A DNA stretch of 64,000 bases from an uncultured Methanosarcinales archaeon (GTDB taxonomy: Archaea > Nanobdellota > Nanobdellia > Woesearchaeales > UBA10107): NCBI GenBank assembly GCA_965231065.1, contig OZ246410.1, positions 42,396-106,395 on the forward strand, in the 5' to 3' direction. Of this stretch, positions 44,922-54,259 are shown piece after piece. How positions within the stretch are numbered: the first letter of the stretch is position 1; every line of letters begins with the position of its first letter. A program made the position numbers and the translations under genes. The notes beneath the pieces were generated by a model that saw only the letters and a program-made list of their open reading frames with translations, made no database searches and was not told where the DNA came from.

Positions 44922-46118
44922 ATGCGTTTTACACACTTTTCTGACTGTCACATCGGCGGCTGGAGAGACGAAAAATTGAGCGAATTAGGCTTGAAGGCCT
45001 TCAAACAAGCTATCGAGGAGAGCATCTCCAAACATGTTGATTTTGTGCTTATCGCAGGTGATCTGTTCAACACGGCACTGCCTCCCATCGACAAGCTTAA
45101 GGAAGTCGTTATCGCTTTAAAGAAGCTGAAAACTTCTGACATTCCTTGTTATGTGATTCCTGGCAGTCATGATTATTCACCTTCCGGCAAGACCATGATC
45201 GATGTTCTTGAACATGCAGGGATGTTGGTGAATGTCTGTAAAGGAATTGTTGAGAATGATACTTTGAAGCTGAAATTTACTGTCGATCCTAAAACAAAAG
45301 CTAAGATCACAGGTATGATCGGCAAGAAAGGAATGTTAGACAGAAAATTCTATGAGAATCTGGACAGAGAGTCATTAGAAAAAGAAGATGGCTTCAAGAT
45401 ATTCATGTTCCATACTGCATTGACTGAATTGAAACCGAAAGAATTGGAAAAAATGGAAGCATCTCCTGTTTCTTTGCTGCCAAGAGGATTTGACTATTAT
45501 GCAGGCGGCCATGTGCACATCATCGAGCACAAAGATCTGGACGGACATAAGAATGTTGTATATCCTGGCGCTTTATTCCCAAATAATTTCAGAGAGATCG
45601 AGAACTTCAAGCATGGTGGGTATTATTTATTTGAAGACGGCAGAGTTACATGGAATCCTGTCATTGTGAAAGAAGTCGAATGTCTTCATTTCAATTGTGA
45701 TAATAAGACACCTGCTGAAGTCGAGAAAGAGATTCTGATGAAGATAAAAGAGGTTACGGTCAAGGATAAAATTGTGACTATGCGTGTCAAAGGTACTTTA
45801 TTTACCGGCAAGCCTACCGATATCGCGTTCAATGAGATATTCGGTGTGTTATACCACAAAGGAGCTTATTTTGTGATGAAGAGCACTTCATTGGTTGAGA
45901 CGAAAGAATTTGAGAAAGTTCAGACGACTGCTTCATCCATTGAGGAAGCGGAAGAGAAGGTGATTAAAGAGAATATCGGACAATCTACTCTTAAGAATGA
46001 AACTGAATTGATAAAGAGTTTAATGAAAGTCTTTTCTTTGGAAAAACAGGAAGGCGAGACGAAATATAATTTTGAGAAACGATTGATTGAGGAAAGCAAG
46101 AAGATTATTGAGTTCTAG
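44922..46118 (+). CDS. mre11: Mre11/SbcD-type calcineurin-like DNA repair nuclease
   Basis: I place the start at MRFTHFSDCHIGG (ATG 44922). The phosphoesterase motifs are FSDCHIGG, AGDLFN, IPGSHD and GGHVHI. Confidence 0.75.
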   Translation: MRFTHFSDCHIGGWRDEKLSELGLKAFKQAIEESISKHVDFVLIAGDLFNTALPPIDKLKEVVIALKKLKTSDIPCYVIPGSHDYSPSGKTMIDVLEHAGMLVNVCKGIVENDTLKLKFTVDPKTKAKITGMIGKKGMLDRKFYENLDRESLEKEDGFKIFMFHTALTELKPKELEKMEASPVSLLPRGFDYYAGGHVHIIEHKDLDGHKNVVYPGALFPNNFREIENFKHGGYYLFEDGRVTWNPVIVKEVECLHFNCDNKTPAEVEKEILMKIKEVTVKDKIVTMRVKGTLFTGKPTDIAFNEIFGVLYHKGAYFVMKSTSLVETKEFEKVQTTASSIEEAEEKVIKENIGQSTLKNETELIKSLMKVFSLEKQEGETKYNFEKRLIEESKKIIEF

Positions 46119-47485
46119 ATTAATTTCTTCAGTAATTTAAGAACTTCATCAGCAGATGCAGCGCCTCTTGACTTGCGCATGACCTGTCCGACTAGGAAAT
46201 TAATCGCTTTATCGTTGCCGCCCTTGATATCAGCAACAACTTTCGCGTTCTCTTTGATGGCTTCCTTGCAGTAGTCTTCAAGAGCGCCTGAATCTTTCAC
46301 AACTTCCAATTTATTGTCTTTAACATATTTTTCAACGTCAAACAGTTTCTCGCCTAACTCATTCATTATCTTCTGGCCAATCTTCTCGGTTATTCTACCA
46401 GCATGAATCATTTTTAATAACGGAACTAATTCTTTCTCAGATATCTTCATCGCACCCAATTCAATCTTCTGATAATTAGCGATACGGACAAATTCTCTTC
46501 GCAGCCAACGCCCCGTCAAACCAGCATCAACGTGCTTTGAAATCTTCTCAAACAAACCAGCAAGAACGATCTCGGAAGCAAGAACCTCGGCATCTTCTCT
46601 CTCGATTCCTAACTTCTCGAAGTTCTTTATCTTTTCATCAGGCCGTTCAGGAAGTTTAGCTTGCAATTTCTTCAGATAATCAGCTTTGATCTCAATGGAA
46701 GGAAGATCAGGCTCTGGAATGAACATATAGTCGTTTGCAGTTTCTTTCGCACGCATGAAATAAGTAGCACCATTCGCTTCATCCCATGCCCGGGTATGCA
46801 TCTTGACTTCTTCACCATTTGCAACAACCTTGTGCTGTCGTTGCTCTTCAACCTTAATTACTTTAACAATTGAACTGAATGAGTTGACATTCTTGACTTC
46901 GACTCGCGGATGTCCTTCGATCGAAACATTGACATCTGCTTTGACACCAGCATCTCTGTGTATCGCTTTGATATATGACAACGTCGTCATCAGTTTCTTC
47001 AGCCATGATTCAACCTCCTCTGCTGATTTGAAATCAGGATCAGTAACAATCTCAATCAGAGGTAATCCAGAACGATTGTAATCGACTTTACCGGTGGAAG
47101 GTTCATATCGTGCAGGATCCTCTTCTAGATGAACCTGCTGGATTCCGATTCCTAAGAACTTTCCTTTGATACCGACCGGCATCGAATAAGAACCAGACAT
47201 CGTCTTCTGATAGCCATTCGGCAGATCAGGATAGGAATAATGCTTTCGCTGGAACATAAGAATAGGTGAAATCTTGCAGCCAAGCATCAATCCGATCTCG
47301 ACTGCTTTGTCGACAGCCTCTTTGTTCGGAAGCATCGGCTTGGAACCAGGCTGACCAGTACAGACAGGACAGACATTCGTATTCGGAGCGACGTCACCAT
47401 GTTCTGCGAAACACTCACAGAAAAGTTTCTTTTTAGATAATTCTACATCAATGTAACCGTGAATCTCTAAACCTACTTTGACCAT
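46115..47485 (-). CDS. gatB: Asp/Glu-tRNA amidotransferase subunit B
   Basis: 456 aa with GLEIHGYI, CPVCTGQPGSKPMLN and a C-terminal YqeY-like tail FLVGQVMRKSRGAA. Confidence 0.85.
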   Translation of the reverse strand: MVKVGLEIHGYIDVELSKKKLFCECFAEHGDVAPNTNVCPVCTGQPGSKPMLPNKEAVDKAVEIGLMLGCKISPILMFQRKHYSYPDLPNGYQKTMSGSYSMPVGIKGKFLGIGIQQVHLEEDPARYEPSTGKVDYNRSGLPLIEIVTDPDFKSAEEVESWLKKLMTTLSYIKAIHRDAGVKADVNVSIEGHPRVEVKNVNSFSSIVKVIKVEEQRQHKVVANGEEVKMHTRAWDEANGATYFMRAKETANDYMFIPEPDLPSIEIKADYLKKLQAKLPERPDEKIKNFEKLGIEREDAEVLASEIVLAGLFEKISKHVDAGLTGRWLRREFVRIANYQKIELGAMKISEKELVPLLKMIHAGRITEKIGQKIMNELGEKLFDVEKYVKDNKLEVVKDSGALEDYCKEAIKENAKVVADIKGGNDKAINFLVGQVMRKSRGAASADEVLKLLKKLI

Positions 47486-47491
47486 ATGAAC

Positions 47492-49231
47492 TTACTTCTT
47501 CTCTTTCTGTTCAATTTTCAATTTCAATACTGCAAGATCCTTCGCATCCAATGCGGAAGGAGAACCATCCATCGGTGATTCTGCTGACTTTGTTTTCGGG
47601 AACGCGATTACCTCACGGATATCATTGATGCCCTGCATCAATGCGACTAATCTGTCAAGACCTAAGCCCATACCACCGTGCGGCGGTCCGCCATAGGTAT
47701 ATGCTTCCAATAAAAATCCAAATCTGTCACGTGCTCGTTCCTGTGTCATGCCGGTGACTTTGAACGCTCTCTCCTGGATGTCTGGTCTGTTGATCCGGAT
47801 TGAACCAGAACCTAGTTCGATACCGTTCAGTACCAGATCATATTGATCGCAATATACTTTGCCTGGATCTTTTTCCAATAACGGAAGATGTTCCTTCTTC
47901 GGCATGCAGAATGGATTATGGCCAAAGTCCCACTTATCTTCATCTGCGTTAAACTCAAACATCGGGAAATCAAGTATCCAGCAGAACTTGAATTCATTTT
48001 CTTTGATCAATTTTAAGTCTTGCCCTAATTTATTTCGTAATTTGCCCAAGATCTCATTTGTTTTCCCTTTTGAATCTGCGATGAAAAACAATACGCCTGA
48101 TTTTATTTTTGAACGCTCAAGCAACTTCTTCTGTAATTCAGGAGAAAAGAATTTTACGATAGAACTCTCGAGTCCTTTGTCAGTCACCTTCATCCATGCC
48201 AATCCTTTTGAGCCTTGCTCTTTCGCCCAGTCAATCAGTTTATCGATATCGCCCCGGGTCATGTCTTTATTGACCGGCAGGCATTTGACTGATTCAGCGT
48301 CCTGGAACACCTTGAATTCTGATTTCTTGGCGATGTCATGGATATCGACCAATTCCAATCCAAACCTCATATCGGGTTTATCAGTGCCGAATCTGTTCAT
48401 CGCATCATCGTAACTTAAGGCAGGGAATGCTGATAGATTCAGATTAAGGATCTTCTTGAAAATATGCTTGTAGAGATTTTCGACCAATGCAATGACATCC
48501 TCACGCTCGACGAAAGACATCTCGAGATCGATCTGTGTGTGTTCCGGCTGTCGATCGGCACGAAGATCTTCATCCCGTAAGCAGCGGGCCAACTGGTAAT
48601 ACTTGTCCAAACCTGCGACCATGAGGATCTGCTTGAATAATTGCGGTGATTGCGGCAGCGCGTAGAAACTTCCCGGATGGACACGTGACGGAACAACATA
48701 GTCTCTGGCTCCTTCCGGTGTTGATTTGATCAACAACGGTGTCTCAATCTCAAGGAATCCCTGTGAAGAAAGATATTCTCTGGCAGCTTGAGCGACATTA
48801 TGCCTGAAGATCAATCGCTGCTGCATGACTGGTCTTCGCAGATCCAGATATCGGTATTTCAACCGCATCTCTTCGTTCGCTAAGACGCGATCATCGATCT
48901 CGATCGGCGGCACTTCTGATTTGTTCAAGACATGCAATGTATCGACAACAAGCTCGACTTCACCGGTCTTCAGATTCTTATTGATCATTCCTTCTTTTCG
49001 TGAGACAACCTTTCCGGAAACCTGTATGCAGTCCTCTCTTCTGAGTTTATCTGCCTCTTTAAAGAATTTGGAATCAGGATTGAAGACAGCTTGTGTCAAG
49101 CCATATCTATCCCTGAGATCAATAAAAATAATACCACCGTGGTCTCGTCTGGTGTTTACCCAGCCACAAATAGTCGCAGATTTGCCTATATTTGACTTGG
49201 TAAGCTCTCCGCAGGTATGTGTCCGTAACAT
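47492..49231 (-). CDS. aspS: Aspartyl-tRNA synthetase, bacterial-type (with GAD insertion; probably non-discriminating)
   Basis: 579 aa with MLRTHTCGEL, LRDEDLRADRQPEHTQID, HNPFCMP and GGMGLGLDRL. The length and the insertion are typical of bacterial AspRS. Confidence 0.85.
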   Translation of the reverse strand: MLRTHTCGELTKSNIGKSATICGWVNTRRDHGGIIFIDLRDRYGLTQAVFNPDSKFFKEADKLRREDCIQVSGKVVSRKEGMINKNLKTGEVELVVDTLHVLNKSEVPPIEIDDRVLANEEMRLKYRYLDLRRPVMQQRLIFRHNVAQAAREYLSSQGFLEIETPLLIKSTPEGARDYVVPSRVHPGSFYALPQSPQLFKQILMVAGLDKYYQLARCLRDEDLRADRQPEHTQIDLEMSFVEREDVIALVENLYKHIFKKILNLNLSAFPALSYDDAMNRFGTDKPDMRFGLELVDIHDIAKKSEFKVFQDAESVKCLPVNKDMTRGDIDKLIDWAKEQGSKGLAWMKVTDKGLESSIVKFFSPELQKKLLERSKIKSGVLFFIADSKGKTNEILGKLRNKLGQDLKLIKENEFKFCWILDFPMFEFNADEDKWDFGHNPFCMPKKEHLPLLEKDPGKVYCDQYDLVLNGIELGSGSIRINRPDIQERAFKVTGMTQERARDRFGFLLEAYTYGGPPHGGMGLGLDRLVALMQGINDIREVIAFPKTKSAESPMDGSPSALDAKDLAVLKLKIEQKEKK

Positions 49232-49315
49232 AGCTTATTTGGTTTAGAAGGGCATTTATAAAGGTTTTGAGGCATTAAAAAGGGTTAAATATGAGTTTCG
49301 TTTTGAAGGGAAATC

Positions 49316-49672
49316 ATGGGAACAGCATATACTACGGAACGTGCATCGCAGGCAGTTTTTGCATATGCCATGATGTATTCAACAATAAACCGTATATTGA
49401 AAGAAGATCAGCTGACGTTAGAGAAAATTGCATTAGGAAAGGTAGCTTATGACCATGCAATTAGTTTCGCCAAAGCTATTCCAAGAAATCTACTTGACAG
49501 TCTGTGCCAAGGACTTACTGAAAAAAATCTAGAAGCGATTTGTGAACCACTACAGGCGGAGACGCCCGGCGTCAAGGCCGAACTACCAGATGAAGATATG
49601 AGAATTGCCATCAGAAACGCATTAAACGTAGTAAGAAATAGAATCATAGGAGAGACAAGTGATTCAAATTAA
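49316..49672 (+). CDS. Hypothetical protein
   Basis: 118 aa. A TATA-like gcatttataaagg lies in the divergent spacer. Confidence 0.45.
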   Translation: MGTAYTTERASQAVFAYAMMYSTINRILKEDQLTLEKIALGKVAYDHAISFAKAIPRNLLDSLCQGLTEKNLEAICEPLQAETPGVKAELPDEDMRIAIRNALNVVRNRIIGETSDSN

Positions 49673-50794
49673 GTCTTTCAATTTATAGTTCTTCAAGAAG
49701 TTTCTTTTGTAAGCACTAAATCGTTTCTCTTTGATCGCTTTCCTAATCTCTTTCAGCATATTCTGAACGAAGTAGATATTGTGATATGAAAGATAATGAT
49801 AGACCGTATATTCATTCAGTTTCCACAGATGTCGTAGGTAAGCTCTTGAAAATGTTTTGCAGACATAGCATGAGCAGGTATCATCCAACGGACCTTTATC
49901 TTCAGAGTAACGGCCCTTATCTAACTTCAATAATCCCTTCTTTGTAAATATCGCAGCATGCCGTGCGTTCTGTGTCGGCCATTTTGAATCTAAAAGATCA
50001 ACACCGTGTGAGATGGCCTCAAGGATATCAGGAGGATCTCCAATACCCATCAGATATCTTGGTTTTTTGGCATCAAAGAATTTCTCGCAGTAATCAACTA
50101 CCTCGTATGATTGTTTTTTCGTCTCTCCCATGCCTAATCCGCCGATAGCGACGCCGTCAAAGTTTAATTTATTTATCGCGATAGAACTTTCCTTACGTAA
50201 TTTCTTATCGAGACCACCCTGGCATATTCCGAATAACAACTGTTTAGAATGCAATTTCTTTTTCATCTCAGCGTGATGTTTCTTGCAGCGTGCAGCCCAT
50301 ACTGCTGTTCGTCTGGTCGCATCTGCTATTATTTTTTTAGAATCTTTGACCGGATGCGGCATATGATCAAGACACATTGCCACATCAGAACCCAATCCTA
50401 ATTGGATTTCCATGCAACGCTCAGGAGTCAAGATTGTCTTCTGTTTTGTGAATGGATTGTGGAATTGTACTGCTTTGTCGTCGATTTCGATGAATAAAGA
50501 AGGCGATGCCATCTGAAAACCGCCGGAATCTGTGAATTGGATGCCATCCCATCTTGTGAATGAATGCAGTCCGTTCATCTTCCTGATAAAATCAACACCA
50601 GGTCTGAAAGATAATATCATCGCATTGGAAATGATCGCCTGGACTCCTGCTTCCTTGAGATCCATCGGAGACATGAACTTGACTGTGCCTTTCGTCGCGA
50701 CTGGCATAAAAAATGGCGTCTCTGCTTTTCTTTTTCCAACTTTTAGAACGCCTGTTCTCGCCCTTCCATCCTGTGCGATTAATCTAAAGCTCAT
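49664..50794 (-). CDS. tgt: tRNA-guanine transglycosylase, catalytic domain only
   Basis: 376 aa with FMPVATKGTVK, FTDSGGFQ and the Zn site CSCYVCKTFSRAYLRHL. It has no C-terminal PUA-containing extension. Confidence 0.8.
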   Translation of the reverse strand: MSFRLIAQDGRARTGVLKVGKRKAETPFFMPVATKGTVKFMSPMDLKEAGVQAIISNAMILSFRPGVDFIRKMNGLHSFTRWDGIQFTDSGGFQMASPSLFIEIDDKAVQFHNPFTKQKTILTPERCMEIQLGLGSDVAMCLDHMPHPVKDSKKIIADATRRTAVWAARCKKHHAEMKKKLHSKQLLFGICQGGLDKKLRKESSIAINKLNFDGVAIGGLGMGETKKQSYEVVDYCEKFFDAKKPRYLMGIGDPPDILEAISHGVDLLDSKWPTQNARHAAIFTKKGLLKLDKGRYSEDKGPLDDTCSCYVCKTFSRAYLRHLWKLNEYTVYHYLSYHNIYFVQNMLKEIRKAIKEKRFSAYKRNFLKNYKLKDLI

Positions 50795-51423
50795 AGTAGA
50801 ACAACATTCACTCCCTGCACTAATGATTTGAAATTCTCCGCTTCCTGGACCGTACCCATGATCGCGCCATAATGCATCGGAACAGCTGATTTCGGTTTCA
50901 GATAATTGACTAACTGCGCTGCCTCTGTCGGGTTCATGACAGTCTGACCTGATACCGGTACGAACATGATGTCAATGCCTCTGTATCCTTTCATATCAGG
51001 AATGACATCTGAATCACCAGTGTGATAGACGATCTTATTGTCTATCCGTACCACAAATCCGACCCAGTTGTTGTCGCGCATATGAAAATGACTCTTCATG
51101 TTGTATGCAGGCACCGCCTGTATCTCCAGGTCATCCAGCTTGAAATGATCGCCAGGATTCACCAACTTCACACCCCTTACTGTCAATCCTGTCAACTTAC
51201 TCTGACAATCAGCGACAGTGATGATTATAGTCTCTGGCTTGACTATCTTTCTGATATCAGCGATAGAACAATGATCATAATGTTCATGAGAAATAAAAAT
51301 ATAATCTGCTTTTTCTCCGACTTGGATCTGGAACGGATCAAAGTAGATGAATTTATTCGTTTTCGTAGTTATCTTAAAGCACGCATGCGCAATTCTGGTT
51401 ATCTCAAGACCTTCAACGAGCAT
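50791..51423 (-). CDS. Metallo-beta-lactamase-fold hydrolase
   Basis: I place the start at MLVEGLEITRIAHACF (cat at 51421-51423). It has the ISHEHYDH motif. The track ORF extends to 51576, inside gatA. Confidence 0.65.
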   Translation of the reverse strand: MLVEGLEITRIAHACFKITTKTNKFIYFDPFQIQVGEKADYIFISHEHYDHCSIADIRKIVKPETIIITVADCQSKLTGLTVRGVKLVNPGDHFKLDDLEIQAVPAYNMKSHFHMRDNNWVGFVVRIDNKIVYHTGDSDVIPDMKGYRGIDIMFVPVSGQTVMNPTEAAQLVNYLKPKSAVPMHYGAIMGTVQEAENFKSLVQGVNVVLL

Positions 51424-52774
51424 ATGCTTCCTCCATAAGGGAAAGCAACCGTTCTTCATCGAATGATTTTGCGAATATCTGCATACCGATCGGAACACCG
51501 TCGATCTCTCCTGCAGGAACCACGCCTGCACAGATTCCTGCGAGATTCGCAGGGATGGTGAATGCATCGGAAGCATATTCTGCTTTTGGATCTGTCTTCG
51601 AACCTAATTTTCTAGGCAATGTCGGTGTTACCGGCAAAACAATGAAATCGACCTTGTCAAATGCTTTGTTGATTGATTCTGCGATCAACTCTTTCGCTGC
51701 TAATGCTTTTCTATAATATTTACCGCCATGCTCTGCTTTTGATATCTCTTTACCGCCTAAAATCCTTCTCAATACTTCCTCTGAGCACGATTCTTCGATC
51801 TTCTTGCCGTATTTCCTGCCGTCTAATTTTCTTGTTCCTGAGTACAATTCAACGTAGACAATAGGATAATAGGTTTGGACAGCAAGCTCGACACTTGATA
51901 GATCGATATTTTCTATTTTTGATTTTGTTTTCTTGGCTAACTCTTCTGCTTTGCTCTTAATTAGTGCATAGATCTTCTTGTCCTGGCATAATCTTTCAAA
52001 TTCTTTGCTCATACCAATCTTCAGATTCTGGACTTTCTTCAGTTGTGAATAAGTTCCTACCTTCTTTTCATACGTGACTGGATCTTTCTTTGAATGACCC
52101 GCGATAACTTCCATCATCAGGGCCGTTCCGTAAACATCGTTGCATAAAACACCAATCTGGTCAAGACTCATGCTCAAATCAATCAAACCATATCGTGAAA
52201 CTCTGCCGTAGCTTGGCTTGATGCCAATGATACCGCAATGTGAGGCTGGACTTCGTATTGAACCGCCGGTATCTGTTCCTAAAGCGATGTCACACATATT
52301 CGCAGCGACCGCCGCAGCCGAACCCGATGAAGAACCGCCAGGTATTCTGTCGCAATTAGGATTTTTAGTTGCGCCGAACATCGATGATTCTCCCGAAGAG
52401 CCGCACGCGAAGCAGTCCATGTTTGTGATTCCGATGATTATTCCATCCTCTTCCTTTATTTTTTTAACAACATCAGCATCATATGTTCCATTGTAATTCT
52501 CTAATGTCTTGGAAGCGCAGCTGATCGGCATGTCTGTTACATTGATGCATGCTTTGACTGCGATCGCAAGTCCTGCTAACTTACCGGCCTTTCCTTTCTT
52601 TATCTTTTGATCAATTAGTTTCGCTTGTTCCACCGCTTCCTTCTCTGCGACATATAAGAATGCATTTATGTCTTTATTCTTTTTCTTAATTACGTCTAAG
52701 AATGATTTTATGTTGTCAACTGCTGAAAGCTTACCAGATCTTAATTTGAGAATTTTTTCTTTAGTGCCTACCAT
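51413..52774 (-). CDS. gatA: Asp/Glu-tRNA amidotransferase subunit A
   Basis: 453 aa with the amidase signature GGSSSGSAAAVA and GTDTGGSIRSPAS. Confidence 0.85.
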   Translation of the reverse strand: MVGTKEKILKLRSGKLSAVDNIKSFLDVIKKKNKDINAFLYVAEKEAVEQAKLIDQKIKKGKAGKLAGLAIAVKACINVTDMPISCASKTLENYNGTYDADVVKKIKEEDGIIIGITNMDCFACGSSGESSMFGATKNPNCDRIPGGSSSGSAAAVAANMCDIALGTDTGGSIRSPASHCGIIGIKPSYGRVSRYGLIDLSMSLDQIGVLCNDVYGTALMMEVIAGHSKKDPVTYEKKVGTYSQLKKVQNLKIGMSKEFERLCQDKKIYALIKSKAEELAKKTKSKIENIDLSSVELAVQTYYPIVYVELYSGTRKLDGRKYGKKIEESCSEEVLRRILGGKEISKAEHGGKYYRKALAAKELIAESINKAFDKVDFIVLPVTPTLPRKLGSKTDPKAEYASDAFTIPANLAGICAGVVPAGEIDGVPIGMQIFAKSFDEERLLSLMEEAYAR

Positions 52775-53001
52775 TGCTTCTTCTCCATCTGGAAGTAATC
52801 ATCTTTTATCTTCGGAGCGTTCTTGAAAATCCGTTTCCTGAATTCAGAGGAATCTTCACAGTCTTTCTCAGCAACTCGAACCTGCGCATCTCGAACAACG
52901 CCGAATTTATCAGAAACTTTGACTTTATCTAAAGCAATAATGAACTCATCCATTATCTTCTTTGCCTGTTTCAGAATCTCTTCATGATTTGTTTGGCTCA
53001 T
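52768..53001 (-). CDS. gatC: Asp/Glu-tRNA amidotransferase subunit C (putative)
   Basis: 77 aa, overlapping the gatA start by 7 nt. The C-terminal FKNAPKIKDDYFQMEK fits the GatC NAP...F pattern. Confidence 0.6.
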   Translation of the reverse strand: MSQTNHEEILKQAKKIMDEFIIALDKVKVSDKFGVVRDAQVRVAEKDCEDSSEFRKRIFKNAPKIKDDYFQMEKKQW

Positions 53002-53016
53002 AGCAACACCGCAAAA

Positions 53017-53589
53017 CTATTTTCGCAACTTCAGCTGCAATGCAAGATCTTCCAGCTTCTTCACATCGTATTTGATGCCGTCAAACTTACGACGTAATTC
53101 TCCATTCCTGAAATCAAACTGAGACAGCTCCCAGAATAATTCGTTTACCAGATCTTTGACTTTCAAAGCATTGTCTGTCTTGTCATCAATAACTTCATGG
53201 ATTGCGTTACGTACCAATTCACCGGATAGATCACAGATACCAAGCAAATATGATTCAGGATCAAGACCTAACTCAGTGTGCGTTGGTATCTTTCCGTTCT
53301 TGACGTATCCGTAATAACAGATTGCTTCGACATACTCTTGTAAAGCGATCTTTCGTGAACCGGAATATTCCAACTCGGATTCATCCGTCAATTTCAGGAT
53401 GCTTTTTACTTTTTGTTTGATCTCAATGACAGACGCATCAGCTTCCTTCATATCTTTCCGATGGATTGCATAGATTATCTTTTTAGAAAGCTTGACCACT
53501 TCCCTGGATTGAGCGATCAGATCCTCACGGACCTTGTCGAACTCTTCCATCTCCTTCCGCATTGCCTCAAAATCTTTCTTGTTTAGCAT
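53017..53589 (-). CDS. Translin-family protein
   Basis: 190 aa and all-helical. It has LQEYVEAICYYGY and YLLGICDLSGELVRNAI. Confidence 0.6.
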   Translation of the reverse strand: MLNKKDFEAMRKEMEEFDKVREDLIAQSREVVKLSKKIIYAIHRKDMKEADASVIEIKQKVKSILKLTDESELEYSGSRKIALQEYVEAICYYGYVKNGKIPTHTELGLDPESYLLGICDLSGELVRNAIHEVIDDKTDNALKVKDLVNELFWELSQFDFRNGELRRKFDGIKYDVKKLEDLALQLKLRK

Positions 53590-53707
53590 ATAATGACTAC
53601 AAAATCACGTTATTAAATAACTTTGCTTTGCGTATAACGCCACCACACAAGCTTTAAACGGGGAATTCAACGAAAGCTTTATATACAGAATAGCCTCATT
53701 TAAAAAC

Positions 53708-54259
53708 ATGGCAGAAACTGCTTTCAGAGGTGCGATAGACTTCTTTCAACGCCTAGGAATTTATGACGTTGTCCTTCCATTCTTATTGGTATTTACTATT
53801 GTGTTCGCGATTCTTGAACGGACAAAGATCTTCGGCACTGAAAAGATCGATAAGCAGGAATATACCAAGAAAAATCTCAATGCGATTGCTGCATTTGTCA
53901 TTGCACTGTTAGTGGTAGCATCCACACAGATCGTCCAGATCATCAATGAGAGTCTTGCAAAAATTGTTTTACTGTTATTGGTCTCAATATCATTCCTCAT
54001 ACTCATCGGAACCTTCTTTGGCAGCGAAGAAGTGAAATTAGAAAAAGGATGGAGAAACTGGGGCATGTTCTTCATGGCTGCCGGTGTGCTCTTGATCTTC
54101 GCAAATGAATTAGGATGGCTTGGTCCCTTCTGGGATTATCTCACGAGCAATTGGGACAGCAATGTTGTCGGCGCTGTTGCATTGATGATCCTCATCGTAT
54201 GGTTCATGGCATACGTCACCAAAGGAGAAAAACCAGGAAAACCACCAGAGGGAAAGTAA
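53708..54259 (+). CDS. Membrane protein, paralogue 1 of a tandem triplet
   Basis: 183 aa with the motif LGIYDVVLPFLLVFTIVFAILERTKIFG. Confidence 0.6.
   Translation: MAETAFRGAIDFFQRLGIYDVVLPFLLVFTIVFAILERTKIFGTEKIDKQEYTKKNLNAIAAFVIALLVVASTQIVQIINESLAKIVLLLLVSISFLILIGTFFGSEEVKLEKGWRNWGMFFMAAGVLLIFANELGWLGPFWDYLTSNWDSNVVGAVALMILIVWFMAYVTKGEKPGKPPEGK

Noticed and set aside
50791-51576. The full 261-aa version of the MBL-fold ORF
   Set aside because: Its first 51 codons overlap the 3' end of gatA in another frame. The internal Met (MLVEGLEITRIAHACF) gives the normal MBL N-terminus.
53640-53690. Direct repeat aagcttta ... aagcttta upstream of the membrane-protein triplet
   Set aside because: There are only two 8-nt copies in an AT-rich spacer, which is compatible with chance.
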